64,000 bases of DNA from an uncultured Christensenellaceae bacterium (GTDB lineage Bacteria > Bacillota > Clostridia > Christensenellales > DTU072): positions 21,901 through 85,900 of the forward strand of contig CAZTFQ010000002.1 of the NCBI GenBank assembly GCA_964613035.1, in the 5' to 3' direction. Made by a program: the position numbers and the translations under genes. Positions 26,983 to 35,976 of the stretch are shown in pieces. The notes below the pieces were generated by a model, which saw nothing but the letters and a program-made list of their open reading frames with translations, did no database searches and was not told the DNA's origin. Position 1 is the first letter of the stretch, and each line of letters starts with the position of its first letter.

Positions 26983-28422
26983 TTAATTCTCTTGTACGAG
27001 GATATCGTACTCGGGCATAGGCTTGTTGCGATATTCTTCATCCATTATCGCGAGCTGTTTTTTGATTATGCCTCTCATTCTCACGGCGGGCTCCAGACAA
27101 TATTGTCTCAAGAGCTCCGTATCGACGTCGGAGGGTTGTTTCCAGTGCGGGAAGAGGAGCTTAAGATAAGCGGTCATAATCTTCTTCACGGCATTGGTGT
27201 CACGGGTATCCGCATTGTCGGGGACGACGAGGAACGCGTCCACGAGACCTTTTGAGACAACGTCTTCTCTTAACGCGTGCAATATTTCGGCGAAGTATTC
27301 CGTATTGAGGGCGAAGCCTTCCGCTTTCATACTCTCGTTCATACGAGGGAGTTTCCAGCCCTCGACGAATCCGTGGAAGCGGTCGATGAGCGCGGAGTCG
27401 CCGAAGACTTCCGGCAGTGACTCGAACATATTGACGTTGACGTCCATGACCTCGGATCTGATATTGCCGAGCAAGACCACGCCTGCGTCGCCTTTGCCAG
27501 CCTTGGTGCCGACGGTGTAGGAACCGTTCTCCAGGTATCCTTTCATCGCGCCCTGCATCTCGGACGCGTCGGGGAACTTAATGGTGCTGATTTCGTCCAG
27601 AGCGACGTAGTCGTAATTGGCGACGAGACCGTCGGTCTTTTTACTCATATCGTAGAACATTTTCGCTCTGGTCATAACGCCGCCGCTGGAGAGCCAGCCG
27701 CGCTTGCTGATCTGAGAATAGACGTAGCTTTTGCCGGTGCCCTTGGGGGCGAGCTCGATCATATTGAGTCTCTTCTCGAGGAAGGGAAGGAGTCTGGTAA
27801 GTGCCATCAATTTTCCTTCTCTAGAAGAGTATCCTTCGGGGTTATAATCCATCGCCATCAAGAGGACGTCGATCCATTCGTCCAGCTCGAAATATTTACG
27901 AGCGTTTTTATAATAATCGAGGTCGACGCTATAGGGTAAGAAATTCTTAAAGGACAATAACAGAATTCTGTTCTCCGTCTTCTTGGGGCTGACCTGAACC
28001 TGACCGTACCCCAGCTCTATTATCCCCCATATATCTCCGTCGGTGCCGAGGAGACTGTCTTTACATACGCTCCAGACCTCTTTTGAAATATAGGTGTCGG
28101 AGTTCTTCACGTCGAAGTCGGGCAGAGAAAAGCTGATTTTGTTGGCTTTGATATCGAGCGAAACGTTGATTTTCGCAAGAAACTTCACCTTTTCTCCGTT
28201 CATTATGGAATCGATGATGGCGTTCCATTCTCCCTTACGGGGGATGATGTCTTTTATCTTTTCCAAAACGAAGTCGACGTTGACGTCGCCGTTTTTGTCG
28301 GAATAGCGTTTTATGAACCAGTCTCTGATGAACGCAGGCAGGCTCAGAGCGGAAAAGATGCTCTGGACCGACGACTTTTTAACGACCATTCCTTCGAAAT
28401 ATTGTCTGACTTTTTCTTCCAT
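26983..28422 (-). CDS. P-loop NTPase, possibly BrxL-N-terminal/TIGR02688-like (uncertain family)
   Basis: Walker A LAPKGTGKSY and Walker B YDYVALDEIS. The N-terminal approximately 200-aa domain resembles the BREX BrxL N-region. A 1-nt gap separates it from the upstream AAA gene. Confidence 0.55.
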   Translation of the reverse strand: MEEKVRQYFEGMVVKKSSVQSIFSALSLPAFIRDWFIKRYSDKNGDVNVDFVLEKIKDIIPRKGEWNAIIDSIMNGEKVKFLAKINVSLDIKANKISFSLPDFDVKNSDTYISKEVWSVCKDSLLGTDGDIWGIIELGYGQVQVSPKKTENRILLLSFKNFLPYSVDLDYYKNARKYFELDEWIDVLLMAMDYNPEGYSSREGKLMALTRLLPFLEKRLNMIELAPKGTGKSYVYSQISKRGWLSSGGVMTRAKMFYDMSKKTDGLVANYDYVALDEISTIKFPDASEMQGAMKGYLENGSYTVGTKAGKGDAGVVLLGNIRSEVMDVNVNMFESLPEVFGDSALIDRFHGFVEGWKLPRMNESMKAEGFALNTEYFAEILHALREDVVSKGLVDAFLVVPDNADTRDTNAVKKIMTAYLKLLFPHWKQPSDVDTELLRQYCLEPAVRMRGIIKKQLAIMDEEYRNKPMPEYDILVQEN

Positions 28423-28423
28423 A

Positions 28424-29950
28424 TTATATCTCCATATCGTTTTCGATAACGCCTTTCATGAAGGTAATTTCTTGATTGCAAATGTGATTTTTGGACGATA
28501 TCTCGGCGACGTAGGTACCCGGGGCGTCGATATCCACGACACAACTCCAGTTGCGGATACATTTTTCGCAAGAATAATGCTTGCCGTCCAGCTTGAGATA
28601 CATTCTGTCGTAATCTCCGTCGACGTAGAATCTCAATACGGGGTTTTCTCCGGGTTGCAGAGCTATCAACGTGCTCTCGAACTCGACCGTCGGCGCGTCC
28701 TGAGCGGAGGGGGCTTGAGGTTTCTCTACGGGCTCGGGTTGTACCGCGGGCTGTTCGGGAATAATCTCGGGCACGTCGTCTTCGACGGGTTTTTCGTTAA
28801 GTGAGCGGTCCTTGCCCGCATATTCTTCGAATCGCGCGATTTCCTTTTTGTCGACCATCGGTTTGACCTTTTTTATCGCGTCTACGATATGCTTTTGGGT
28901 GACTTTCATCTCGACGTTCGTGCGGATAAAGCTATTGAGGGGGACGTCCTTGGCGCGATCGCAAATTTCGTCTATATCCGCGCCGGAATAGCCCTCCGTG
29001 AGCTTGGCGATGACGTCGAAGTCCACGTCGTCTTCTATCGGGATGTCCGACAATTGTTTTTTAAGCAGATATTTTCTAGCCGCCTTATCGGGGAGAGGAA
29101 CGTAGATTTTTTCGCTGAATCTTCCCGATCTGACCGCCGCGCCGTCTACGTCCCAGGGGCGATTGGTCGCGCCGAGAAGGAGCAGATTGGGGTTACGTCC
29201 GACGAAGCCGTCTATCTGTTGTAAAAACTCGTTGACGCGCTTATCGTTGTGGGGGTCGTTGCCGCGTTGACCGAAGAGGCTGTCCATCTCGTCGATGAAG
29301 ATGATTGCCAGCTTATCTTTTCTGGCGGTCTCGAAGAGGCTGCTGATGTTCTTTTCCGATTCTCCGACCCATTTACTGACGATATCGGAGCCTTTTATCG
29401 CATAAAAGGTCGCTCCGACCTCGTTGGCGATGGCTTTGGCTATCATCGTTTTCCCTGTGCCGGGAGGACCGTACAGGAGCACGCCGCCGCCGCTTTTTTT
29501 GCCGTAGCGGGCGTATTTCTCGGGATATTTGACGGGATTAATCATCCTCATCCTAATGGACTGCTTGACGTCCTCTAGTCCCGCAACGTCGCTGAATTTG
29601 ATGTCGGGGATGGTTGCGGCTTGCCATTGTTTGGCGTCCTCATCCGACGATGCCGCGTTTTTCTGCCCCGCGGACGGAGCCTTCTTCGGCGTAGTCTGAC
29701 CCGCCGTGCCGCCGATGACGGCGCCGCCTTCCAGATTCTCGGCGATCTCGATGAGCCTTTTCGCTCTCTCGAAGCGAGCCTTTTTCAACTCGCCGGTATC
29801 TTCTTTGGCAAGTTTTATGAGAGCCTGAGCCGCGCGGAGGAGGTTTTCTTTGGCACCGGCGACGTCTCCCCTCTGCTGGGCTTTTTTGGCGTTGTCGTAA
29901 TACATAAGAAACGTATCGTATATGAACGTGCTCTTATCTTCATCCCTCAT
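28424..29950 (-). CDS. Vps4/katanin/spastin-clade AAA+ ATPase with an N-terminal MIT-like domain and a novel Cys-containing C-terminal domain
   Basis: The MIT-like helical N-terminus is YDNAKKAQQRGDVAGAKENLLRAAQALIKLAKE. The AAA core is GVLLYGPPGTGKTMIAKA...SDIVSKWVGESEKNISSLFETARKDKLAIIFIDEMDSL, near-identical in pattern to Vps4. The C-terminal approximately 110 aa contain a CxxC...C...C arrangement. Confidence 0.85.
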   Translation of the reverse strand: MRDEDKSTFIYDTFLMYYDNAKKAQQRGDVAGAKENLLRAAQALIKLAKEDTGELKKARFERAKRLIEIAENLEGGAVIGGTAGQTTPKKAPSAGQKNAASSDEDAKQWQAATIPDIKFSDVAGLEDVKQSIRMRMINPVKYPEKYARYGKKSGGGVLLYGPPGTGKTMIAKAIANEVGATFYAIKGSDIVSKWVGESEKNISSLFETARKDKLAIIFIDEMDSLFGQRGNDPHNDKRVNEFLQQIDGFVGRNPNLLLLGATNRPWDVDGAAVRSGRFSEKIYVPLPDKAARKYLLKKQLSDIPIEDDVDFDVIAKLTEGYSGADIDEICDRAKDVPLNSFIRTNVEMKVTQKHIVDAIKKVKPMVDKKEIARFEEYAGKDRSLNEKPVEDDVPEIIPEQPAVQPEPVEKPQAPSAQDAPTVEFESTLIALQPGENPVLRFYVDGDYDRMYLKLDGKHYSCEKCIRNWSCVVDIDAPGTYVAEISSKNHICNQEITFMKGVIENDMEI

Positions 29951-29965
29951 GACGTATTCCTCTTA

Positions 29966-30550
29966 TTATTGTTTTAAGCTCTTAGCCAGTTCTTCCAGCT
30001 GGCGGTCGATATCGTTGTCCAGAGACTGCTCCTCGTCGGAAGCCTGGTTGCCTATAAGCGCCTCCAACTCGCTGTCGTCGATGTTGATGTTGGAAGACGA
30101 AATCGCGGTGAAGGTATCGTTGGTGGAGTCGAGCATGGCGTCGAGGTTGTCGGTGGTCTCTTCCACGCCCATCATCGCCGCTTCGAATTCCTTCTGGACC
30201 TTGGCGAAGTTCATATCCTTGGTAATAGCCTGCATTTCCTTAGAAACGACGCTCATTCCTTTAAGAAACTCGCCCGTCATCTGGCTCAAATCGCGCATTT
30301 GGAGAGTGTTTTGGAAATTAAGAAGCATTTCCTTGGCTTTTTTCTCCTGAGCCATAGCGGTCCTTAAGCAGCTGACTGCCAGGCTGTATTGCTGAGGAGA
30401 GCCTTGAATCTTAGCCTGTTTTGCGGATTCTACGGCTTTTTGTTTCTGAGCCTGGAGCTTGGTGATATGCTTCTCTATGTCGCGCATGGTCCTGCGCACG
30501 AGCATTCTCTTCTCCATTTCTTTTTCTTGTTTTGTCTTAAAGAGTCCCAT
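29966..30550 (-). CDS. Snf7/ESCRT-III-like protein (CHMP3/Vps24-like) with a C-terminal MIM-like motif
   Basis: The N-terminus MGLFKTKQEKEMEKRML... matches MGLFGKTQEK of Vps24. The N-terminal half is basic and the C-terminal half acidic. It ends DIDRQLEELAKSLKQ, resembling MIM1 (D/E)xxLxxRLxxL(K/R). Confidence 0.75.
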   Translation of the reverse strand: MGLFKTKQEKEMEKRMLVRRTMRDIEKHITKLQAQKQKAVESAKQAKIQGSPQQYSLAVSCLRTAMAQEKKAKEMLLNFQNTLQMRDLSQMTGEFLKGMSVVSKEMQAITKDMNFAKVQKEFEAAMMGVEETTDNLDAMLDSTNDTFTAISSSNINIDDSELEALIGNQASDEEQSLDNDIDRQLEELAKSLKQ

Positions 30551-30561
30551 AATAATTACCT

Positions 30562-31164
30562 CTAGATGGAAGAGCTCTCGCTCTGCTTGTTTTCTTCTTC
30601 GGATATCTCGGAGCCGAAGTTTTCCGCGTCTTTTTCCGAGCCGGATATTTCAAACATACTGAGGAGTTGATCGTCCTGCTCGTTGATTCCGTAGATGCGT
30701 TCGTCCGCCTCGTAGGCGTCCTCGACTTCTTCGAAGGTCTCCAAAGTCTCCGACAGCATACTTTCGCTACGCATTTTTTGTCCGGATATTCCGCTGATAA
30801 ACTTACGGAGCGCGTTGGTGTCCGTAAGAAGCTTGTTGATAGGCATATCGGAATTGTTGTTGATGAATTCCTTATCGTCTATTGCGGTCTTGAGCTGATT
30901 GAGCGCGAGAAGATTGGCGTTGAGATACTGGATGCGCTGATTAGCCATCTGATTCTCTTTACGTAAAAGATTGATACGCTTGGCAAGAGTCAACTGTCTG
31001 TCGCGGCTCTTGGTCTCGCTACCAGCCTTAAGGAGCTTCTCTATCTCTTTTTCCCTCTCCTCGACGGCGTCCATTTCTTCTTGCTGTTTTTTCTCGACGT
31101 TGATTATGTTTTCCACAACGTCGCTACGTTTGATTTTCTCAAACTTATTCTTAAAAAAGCACAT
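30562..31164 (-). CDS. Snf7/ESCRT-III-like paralog (200 aa)
   Basis: The N-terminus MCFFKNKFEK follows the same M-[GC]-[LF]-F-[KQ]-x-K pattern. It is predicted coiled-coil with a basic N-half and an acidic C-tail. Confidence 0.6.
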   Translation of the reverse strand: MCFFKNKFEKIKRSDVVENIINVEKKQQEEMDAVEEREKEIEKLLKAGSETKSRDRQLTLAKRINLLRKENQMANQRIQYLNANLLALNQLKTAIDDKEFINNNSDMPINKLLTDTNALRKFISGISGQKMRSESMLSETLETFEEVEDAYEADERIYGINEQDDQLLSMFEISGSEKDAENFGSEISEEENKQSESSSI

Positions 31165-31166
31165 TT

Positions 31167-31520
31167 TTATACCCCCGCCAGACTGTTGCGCTCAACAATC
31201 ATTATCCTGACGTCGTTGATTTTATCGAGAATTTTTCCTTCGTTTTTATCTCCGGATATCAGAATCTTGATATCGTCCAGCTTATCCGCTATTTTGTCGT
31301 CTTCTTTCATGACTGCGGGTGCGGTGGAAGGCGCGCCGTACTCGACGAGTTCTTCCAGCTCGCGGAGCTTCTCTTTGACGACGTCGGACTCGGACATCGC
31401 TATCAGAGTCTTGACCTTGGCAAGATTGATACGCAGGGTCTCGACGTTATCCTTTATCGCCTCGTCGTGCTTGTCGTATTGTTTTTGATGTTTTTTATAC
31501 TTGGATTGGAAAAAACACAT
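31167..31520 (-). CDS. Short Snf7/ESCRT-III-like paralog (117 aa)
   Basis: N-terminus MCFFQSKYKK. Helical with charge asymmetry. Perfect RBS AAGGAG. It lies 2 nt from the next gene. Confidence 0.5.
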   Translation of the reverse strand: MCFFQSKYKKHQKQYDKHDEAIKDNVETLRINLAKVKTLIAMSESDVVKEKLRELEELVEYGAPSTAPAVMKEDDKIADKLDDIKILISGDKNEGKILDKINDVRIMIVERNSLAGV

Positions 31521-31532
31521 AATCTTATCTCC

Positions 31533-32468
31533 TTATTGTAATCTGTTGCCGCATTTGTTGCAGAACAATGCGTCCGCGCTGACCTTGGCGCCGCACTTGG
31601 AGCAGTATCTGCATACTTCAGCATTGCTGTTGACCACTACCTTGGGTCCGCTGTTTTTCTCGGCGTCCGCGGCGACTTCCGCAAGTTTGACGGTAGCGTC
31701 CACGTACATCTTGGCTGCTTCTTGTCTGGAAGCTCTTTCCTTAGAAAAACTACTGTCTTTAAGCTCGAGAAGTCTCTTTTGTTTGAGAATGGCTTCCAGC
31801 TCTCTGATATCGCTGTCGGCGATTTTGACGTCGTTGAGAGAGAACGCCGTTATTTCCACGCCGTAGTCGTCGAACATCTTTCTGACGCTGTCCAAAATGG
31901 TGTCGCAGATGATTTCCAGATTGGAATTGATCTCGAAATAGCTTATCTTGCTACGCTGCATGGCGTTGGCGATGATGTCCTTGATTTTTACGAGCATTTT
32001 ATCCGCGAAAAACTTCTGGAGCCCGACCGTGGTTATGCCCGCGGTGTTGCCTACTACCTTGGAGATAAACTTACGAGAATTGCTGATATTGATATCGAAA
32101 GAGCCGTGCATTCCTACGTTGACGATATAGTCCGCGAAGGGATCTCTGACTTTCATCTGAGAGGGCGTGCCCCACGGTACGATCAGAGTAACGGTCTTGT
32201 TGACGAAAAACGCCTGACATTTAAAAGGCTCGCTGACGATCTTCTTGCCTATGCCCAAGAATCCTTTCGATACGACGGGCACGTTGAGAGAGTGCTTACC
32301 CGGCAACATCGTGTCCAACATCTGTCCGTCCTTAATAAATACGACTTCGTGAGAAAAAGGAACGATTACCTCTGTCTCCCCTATACATTGCTCGATCTGA
32401 GACTGCCAAACGATAACCTCGTTGGGTCCCTCATAGTCGATAATGGTTTTCGGTAAATCTTTTGCCAT
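31533..32468 (-). CDS. SPFH (stomatin/prohibitin/flotillin) domain protein with a C-terminal Zn-ribbon (COG4260-like)
   Basis: The N-terminus IIDYEGPNEVIVWQ is typical of this SPFH subfamily. The C-terminus carries CRYCSKCG...CNKCG. Confidence 0.7.
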   Translation of the reverse strand: MAKDLPKTIIDYEGPNEVIVWQSQIEQCIGETEVIVPFSHEVVFIKDGQMLDTMLPGKHSLNVPVVSKGFLGIGKKIVSEPFKCQAFFVNKTVTLIVPWGTPSQMKVRDPFADYIVNVGMHGSFDINISNSRKFISKVVGNTAGITTVGLQKFFADKMLVKIKDIIANAMQRSKISYFEINSNLEIICDTILDSVRKMFDDYGVEITAFSLNDVKIADSDIRELEAILKQKRLLELKDSSFSKERASRQEAAKMYVDATVKLAEVAADAEKNSGPKVVVNSNAEVCRYCSKCGAKVSADALFCNKCGNRLQ

Positions 32469-32486
32469 GAATAATTTCCTCCGTTT

Positions 32487-33815
32487 TTAATACATATTTT
32501 TTTTGCTTTCCAGCAATGAAGCTTTTTGTTCCAGCCACTCCGCAAAACCGTTGATTTCCACCAACTTGGACTCGTAGCCGCCGCGCAGTCTGCCCATCTC
32601 GTCCAGAATCTGCATCATATGAGAATCGTCCCAGGATCCCGTGAGTCGTCCGAGCGCGTAGAGACACTCCGTGATGACGTTATTTTGCCCGTTGCCGTAG
32701 TCTCTCAATTTCCTCGCCAACAACCTCAGCGCCTCGGGATTGGTACGGACGTCTCCGCCGCCCGTCGAATAAGAACCGCGAACGCCTTCCGCCGATACGG
32801 AACCGCCCGACGACGATTCTCTGCCTCCGCCGTACGAAGGAGCTCTTTTCTCGGGAGCTTTTTCGGGAGCCTTCTCGGGGGTTGCTTTTTCCTTTTCGGC
32901 GACAGGCTCGGAAGCCTTTTCTACGGGTTTCTTTTCCTCGCGGACGAATTGTTTCGCCGCCAATCGAAGAATTCCTTCGAAGTCGCCGTTGCCTATCTCG
33001 AAATAAGGATTGCGCTTGAGTTCCGACGGCATATCGTCGATATCGCAGTCGTACAAGGCGAGGCAGGCTTTTTTGGACGGATCGCTCTTAGCCATCCGCA
33101 GATAACGTCTCCAGACGTCTTCCGCCTGCGTGAGGTTGCAATTGTCAAGCGACGACGTCATTACTATCAACAGCTTGGCTTTCGATATCGCGTTGTAAAG
33201 ATACGGTTCGCGTTCGGTCGGTCCGAGATTTCCCAACTCCGCGCCGCTCCAGAAAACCTTCTTTTTCGTACGTGCTTTCAGTGCCGCGACCAGAGGCATC
33301 GCCAGGGACGCTTCCGGGGAATATTCCTCGCAACACACCATGATGTCGTAGTCGGATTCTTTAGCTATTCTTAAGGCGTTGTTACGCAGTCTGTCCAGCT
33401 CTTCCGCCTTGTAAGCGTATTCTTCCGCCATACTCCCGGGACATAGCGACATGGCTTTTTTATAATAAGCGCTGTCGAAAAACGATTGCGAGCCGATTTC
33501 GTAAAACACCGGACACAAACCATCGTCGTATTTTGAATAAGTCAGGTGCTTGGACGCCAGCATCAATCCCCAGGCGGCTTCGAAGCTGTCGGGGGCATCT
33601 TTCAAAATAGACTCGTAGTCTTCCATCGCCTCTTCGAACTTCGCTTTCCGTCTATACGCGCTCGCGCGGTTAAGATTGATAATGAGCTCGTCGGAGACTT
33701 TAGTAAGATCTATTTCGAACTTCGAATGACAATATATGCACTCGTAGGAGCCCTCGGCCACCTTTTCCAGCGCGCCTCCGCACATTTGACATTCCAGTTT
33801 TCTTAGTTCTGCCAT
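32487..33815 (-). CDS. Zn-ribbon/TPR-like protein with a possible TIR-like (flavodoxin-fold) domain, a PEK-rich linker and a helical C-domain
   Basis: The N-terminus is CQMCGG...YECIYCHSKF. The middle block DIMVCCEEY...KKKVFWSGAELGN...KAKLLIVMTSS has a TIR-like beta-alpha pattern. A (PEKA)n linker follows. The ATG at 33815 overlaps the upstream stop (TGATG). Confidence 0.5.
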   Translation of the reverse strand: MAELRKLECQMCGGALEKVAEGSYECIYCHSKFEIDLTKVSDELIINLNRASAYRRKAKFEEAMEDYESILKDAPDSFEAAWGLMLASKHLTYSKYDDGLCPVFYEIGSQSFFDSAYYKKAMSLCPGSMAEEYAYKAEELDRLRNNALRIAKESDYDIMVCCEEYSPEASLAMPLVAALKARTKKKVFWSGAELGNLGPTEREPYLYNAISKAKLLIVMTSSLDNCNLTQAEDVWRRYLRMAKSDPSKKACLALYDCDIDDMPSELKRNPYFEIGNGDFEGILRLAAKQFVREEKKPVEKASEPVAEKEKATPEKAPEKAPEKRAPSYGGGRESSSGGSVSAEGVRGSYSTGGGDVRTNPEALRLLARKLRDYGNGQNNVITECLYALGRLTGSWDDSHMMQILDEMGRLRGGYESKLVEINGFAEWLEQKASLLESKKNMY

Positions 33816-35923
33816 CACGCACCTCTGTTGCTATCGAGAGCGCTGCCCGAAAAAGCCGTCGAAGAGACGTCGCAATCTTCTTTATAGACGACCTCGACCA
33901 GAGACGTACAATTGCCGAAGGCGTATTCGCCGATAGTGTCGGCGTTGCGGCAATCGACCACTCTCAGCCCGACACAATCGAAAAACGCATAACTGCCGAC
34001 GTTGCCTTCCACGAACACCTTTTTAAGGGACTCGGGGACTTCGTAGCCGCCGAAAAAGTATGCGAGACCCGAGACGTAAGTACCGCCGTTGGTGAGGCTT
34101 TGGACCGTCAACTCCTCTAGTCCCGTGCATCCGTACAACGCACCGTATCCGAAATCTGCGCTACAGGGTAAATCTAATTTTTTAAGAGAGCGACAATTGG
34201 CGTACGCGTTCTCTCCCACGTATATGAAAGTGTTGGCGGAATAAGTCTTGACGGTTATTTTTTGTACATCGATGAGATTGGCAAAGACTTCCGAAGGAAT
34301 AGAGCAAGTCGACGACAAGCTTGTACGCGCGTTGCTGTATTCCACTATTTTCAACGATTTAGGTATATAACTTCTTATTGTGGATTCATTTAAATCGCCG
34401 TCGTATTTCGTCGCACCGAAAAATCTCGAAATACTAGAATTACTAACGTTGTCGAGGTTGTCCTCGAAGACGAGTTTTTGGAGATTTTTGCATCCGGACA
34501 GCGCGCCCTGTTCGATGAGTCTGATATTGTCGCCGATAGTCAGAGAGATTATCGCCTCGTTGCCGCGGAAAGCGTTTGCTCCCAGTCCGACGACGTCGTA
34601 TTCCGTACCGTTGAGCGTAACCTTCTCGGGCACGACGACCTCGTAGTATCCGGGATAAGACGACGATTCCTCACTATCAGGGAAGCTCTTCACGCCCTCT
34701 ATACGCGCGACCAAATCTTCGTTGTCGAAGGAAAGACTGAAAAGATATCCTTCGTCTGAGAGGTTGTATTCTCCCGCCGTGAATCCTTTTAAGAACAAAT
34801 ATCCGCCGGTAAGACCTACCGCCAGGACGAGTATCAACACGATGAAGCTCGTCCAGAGTCTGCCTTTATACTGAGGCGCGTATTTACATTTATGTTTGAT
34901 TTTCTTCCAAGTTACGGGGTCTTCTATTACGATAACGCCTTCCTTCTTCTTGCCGGACTTCTTTTTCTTATGTCCGATAATAAGGAACAGCACGTTGAAC
35001 ACCAGCGAAAATCCCGCCAGACCGAGTCCCAAGAAACAGGCGATTATGTAAAACGCATACGCGCTAAGCATGAGTTCTTCTTGCGCCAGCATCGCGAGAG
35101 GTCCCGCGAAAACAGCCAGCGCCGCGCCCGACGCCACGCCGATGATCATCGACAACCAGGACATGAGCGTGCCTTTTCTTCTGCCTCTCTTTATCTTCTC
35201 GTCGACGCACTGCGCGAGGTCCGCGGTATGCTTTTTACTGTTACTTTTAATAACTGAATAGTTTTTTTTGTATTTTTCGGCGATGGCGTCTTCCTTATTG
35301 CGATATTCGTCCAGATGCGCCTCGAACTTGTCGTTATTCTTGAAGCTTACCTCGGCTTTGGAAGAGAACACGTGAGGATAAGTACCGCGTCTAAGGTCGT
35401 GAAAATCGGCTTCTGCCGTCTCCCAAACCTCTTCCGAATAACCTTTCATCCGATCGGAAACGAAAGACTGCTGAAGATACTTCTTCCCTGCGGAAACGTT
35501 GGATTTTATTTGTTTTTTCTCGGTCGACAATATTTCCGAGTCTTCTTCGATAGGCTCGAGAACGATTTCTTCCGTTTTCTTTTTCCCGCGCTTTTTAGAA
35601 GCCGATTTGTCTTCTTTGGGAGAGGGGGCTTCTACAACTTCTTCGACGACTTCTTCGTCGTCCTCGGATTCCTCCGCGAAAAACGCCTCGATATCGTCCT
35701 CGTAGTCGGAGTCGTCTTCTTCGTCTTCTTCGTAGTATTCTTCCTCTTCGACTATTATATCGTCGTCGTATTCTTCGTTGACGGAAATAGTCGACTCTTC
35801 GTCGGAAGCGACTTCTTCGGATTTCTTATTAGCCTCTTCTTGCGCCAGCATGTTTTGCTTCTCTTCAAGAAGTTTTTTCAACTCTTCGATGGTTAAATTG
35901 TTGAGATCGTCTTTTTTACCCAT
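33815..35923 (-). CDS. Membrane protein: hyper-acidic cytoplasmic N-region, 3-4 TM helices and an extracellular BspA-type leucine-rich-repeat domain
   Basis: An EEYDDDIIVEEEEYYEEDEEDD tract. Hydrophobic helices lie around residues 255-360. The C-terminal repeats with IGEYAFGNCTSLVEV are typical of BspA-like LRRs. Confidence 0.65.
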   Translation of the reverse strand: MGKKDDLNNLTIEELKKLLEEKQNMLAQEEANKKSEEVASDEESTISVNEEYDDDIIVEEEEYYEEDEEDDSDYEDDIEAFFAEESEDDEEVVEEVVEAPSPKEDKSASKKRGKKKTEEIVLEPIEEDSEILSTEKKQIKSNVSAGKKYLQQSFVSDRMKGYSEEVWETAEADFHDLRRGTYPHVFSSKAEVSFKNNDKFEAHLDEYRNKEDAIAEKYKKNYSVIKSNSKKHTADLAQCVDEKIKRGRRKGTLMSWLSMIIGVASGAALAVFAGPLAMLAQEELMLSAYAFYIIACFLGLGLAGFSLVFNVLFLIIGHKKKKSGKKKEGVIVIEDPVTWKKIKHKCKYAPQYKGRLWTSFIVLILVLAVGLTGGYLFLKGFTAGEYNLSDEGYLFSLSFDNEDLVARIEGVKSFPDSEESSSYPGYYEVVVPEKVTLNGTEYDVVGLGANAFRGNEAIISLTIGDNIRLIEQGALSGCKNLQKLVFEDNLDNVSNSSISRFFGATKYDGDLNESTIRSYIPKSLKIVEYSNARTSLSSTCSIPSEVFANLIDVQKITVKTYSANTFIYVGENAYANCRSLKKLDLPCSADFGYGALYGCTGLEELTVQSLTNGGTYVSGLAYFFGGYEVPESLKKVFVEGNVGSYAFFDCVGLRVVDCRNADTIGEYAFGNCTSLVEVVYKEDCDVSSTAFSGSALDSNRGA

Positions 35924-35976
35924 AGCGTTGCCCTGTGCCTTGTATTATATTTGTGATTGGTCGATGCCTTACTTTT

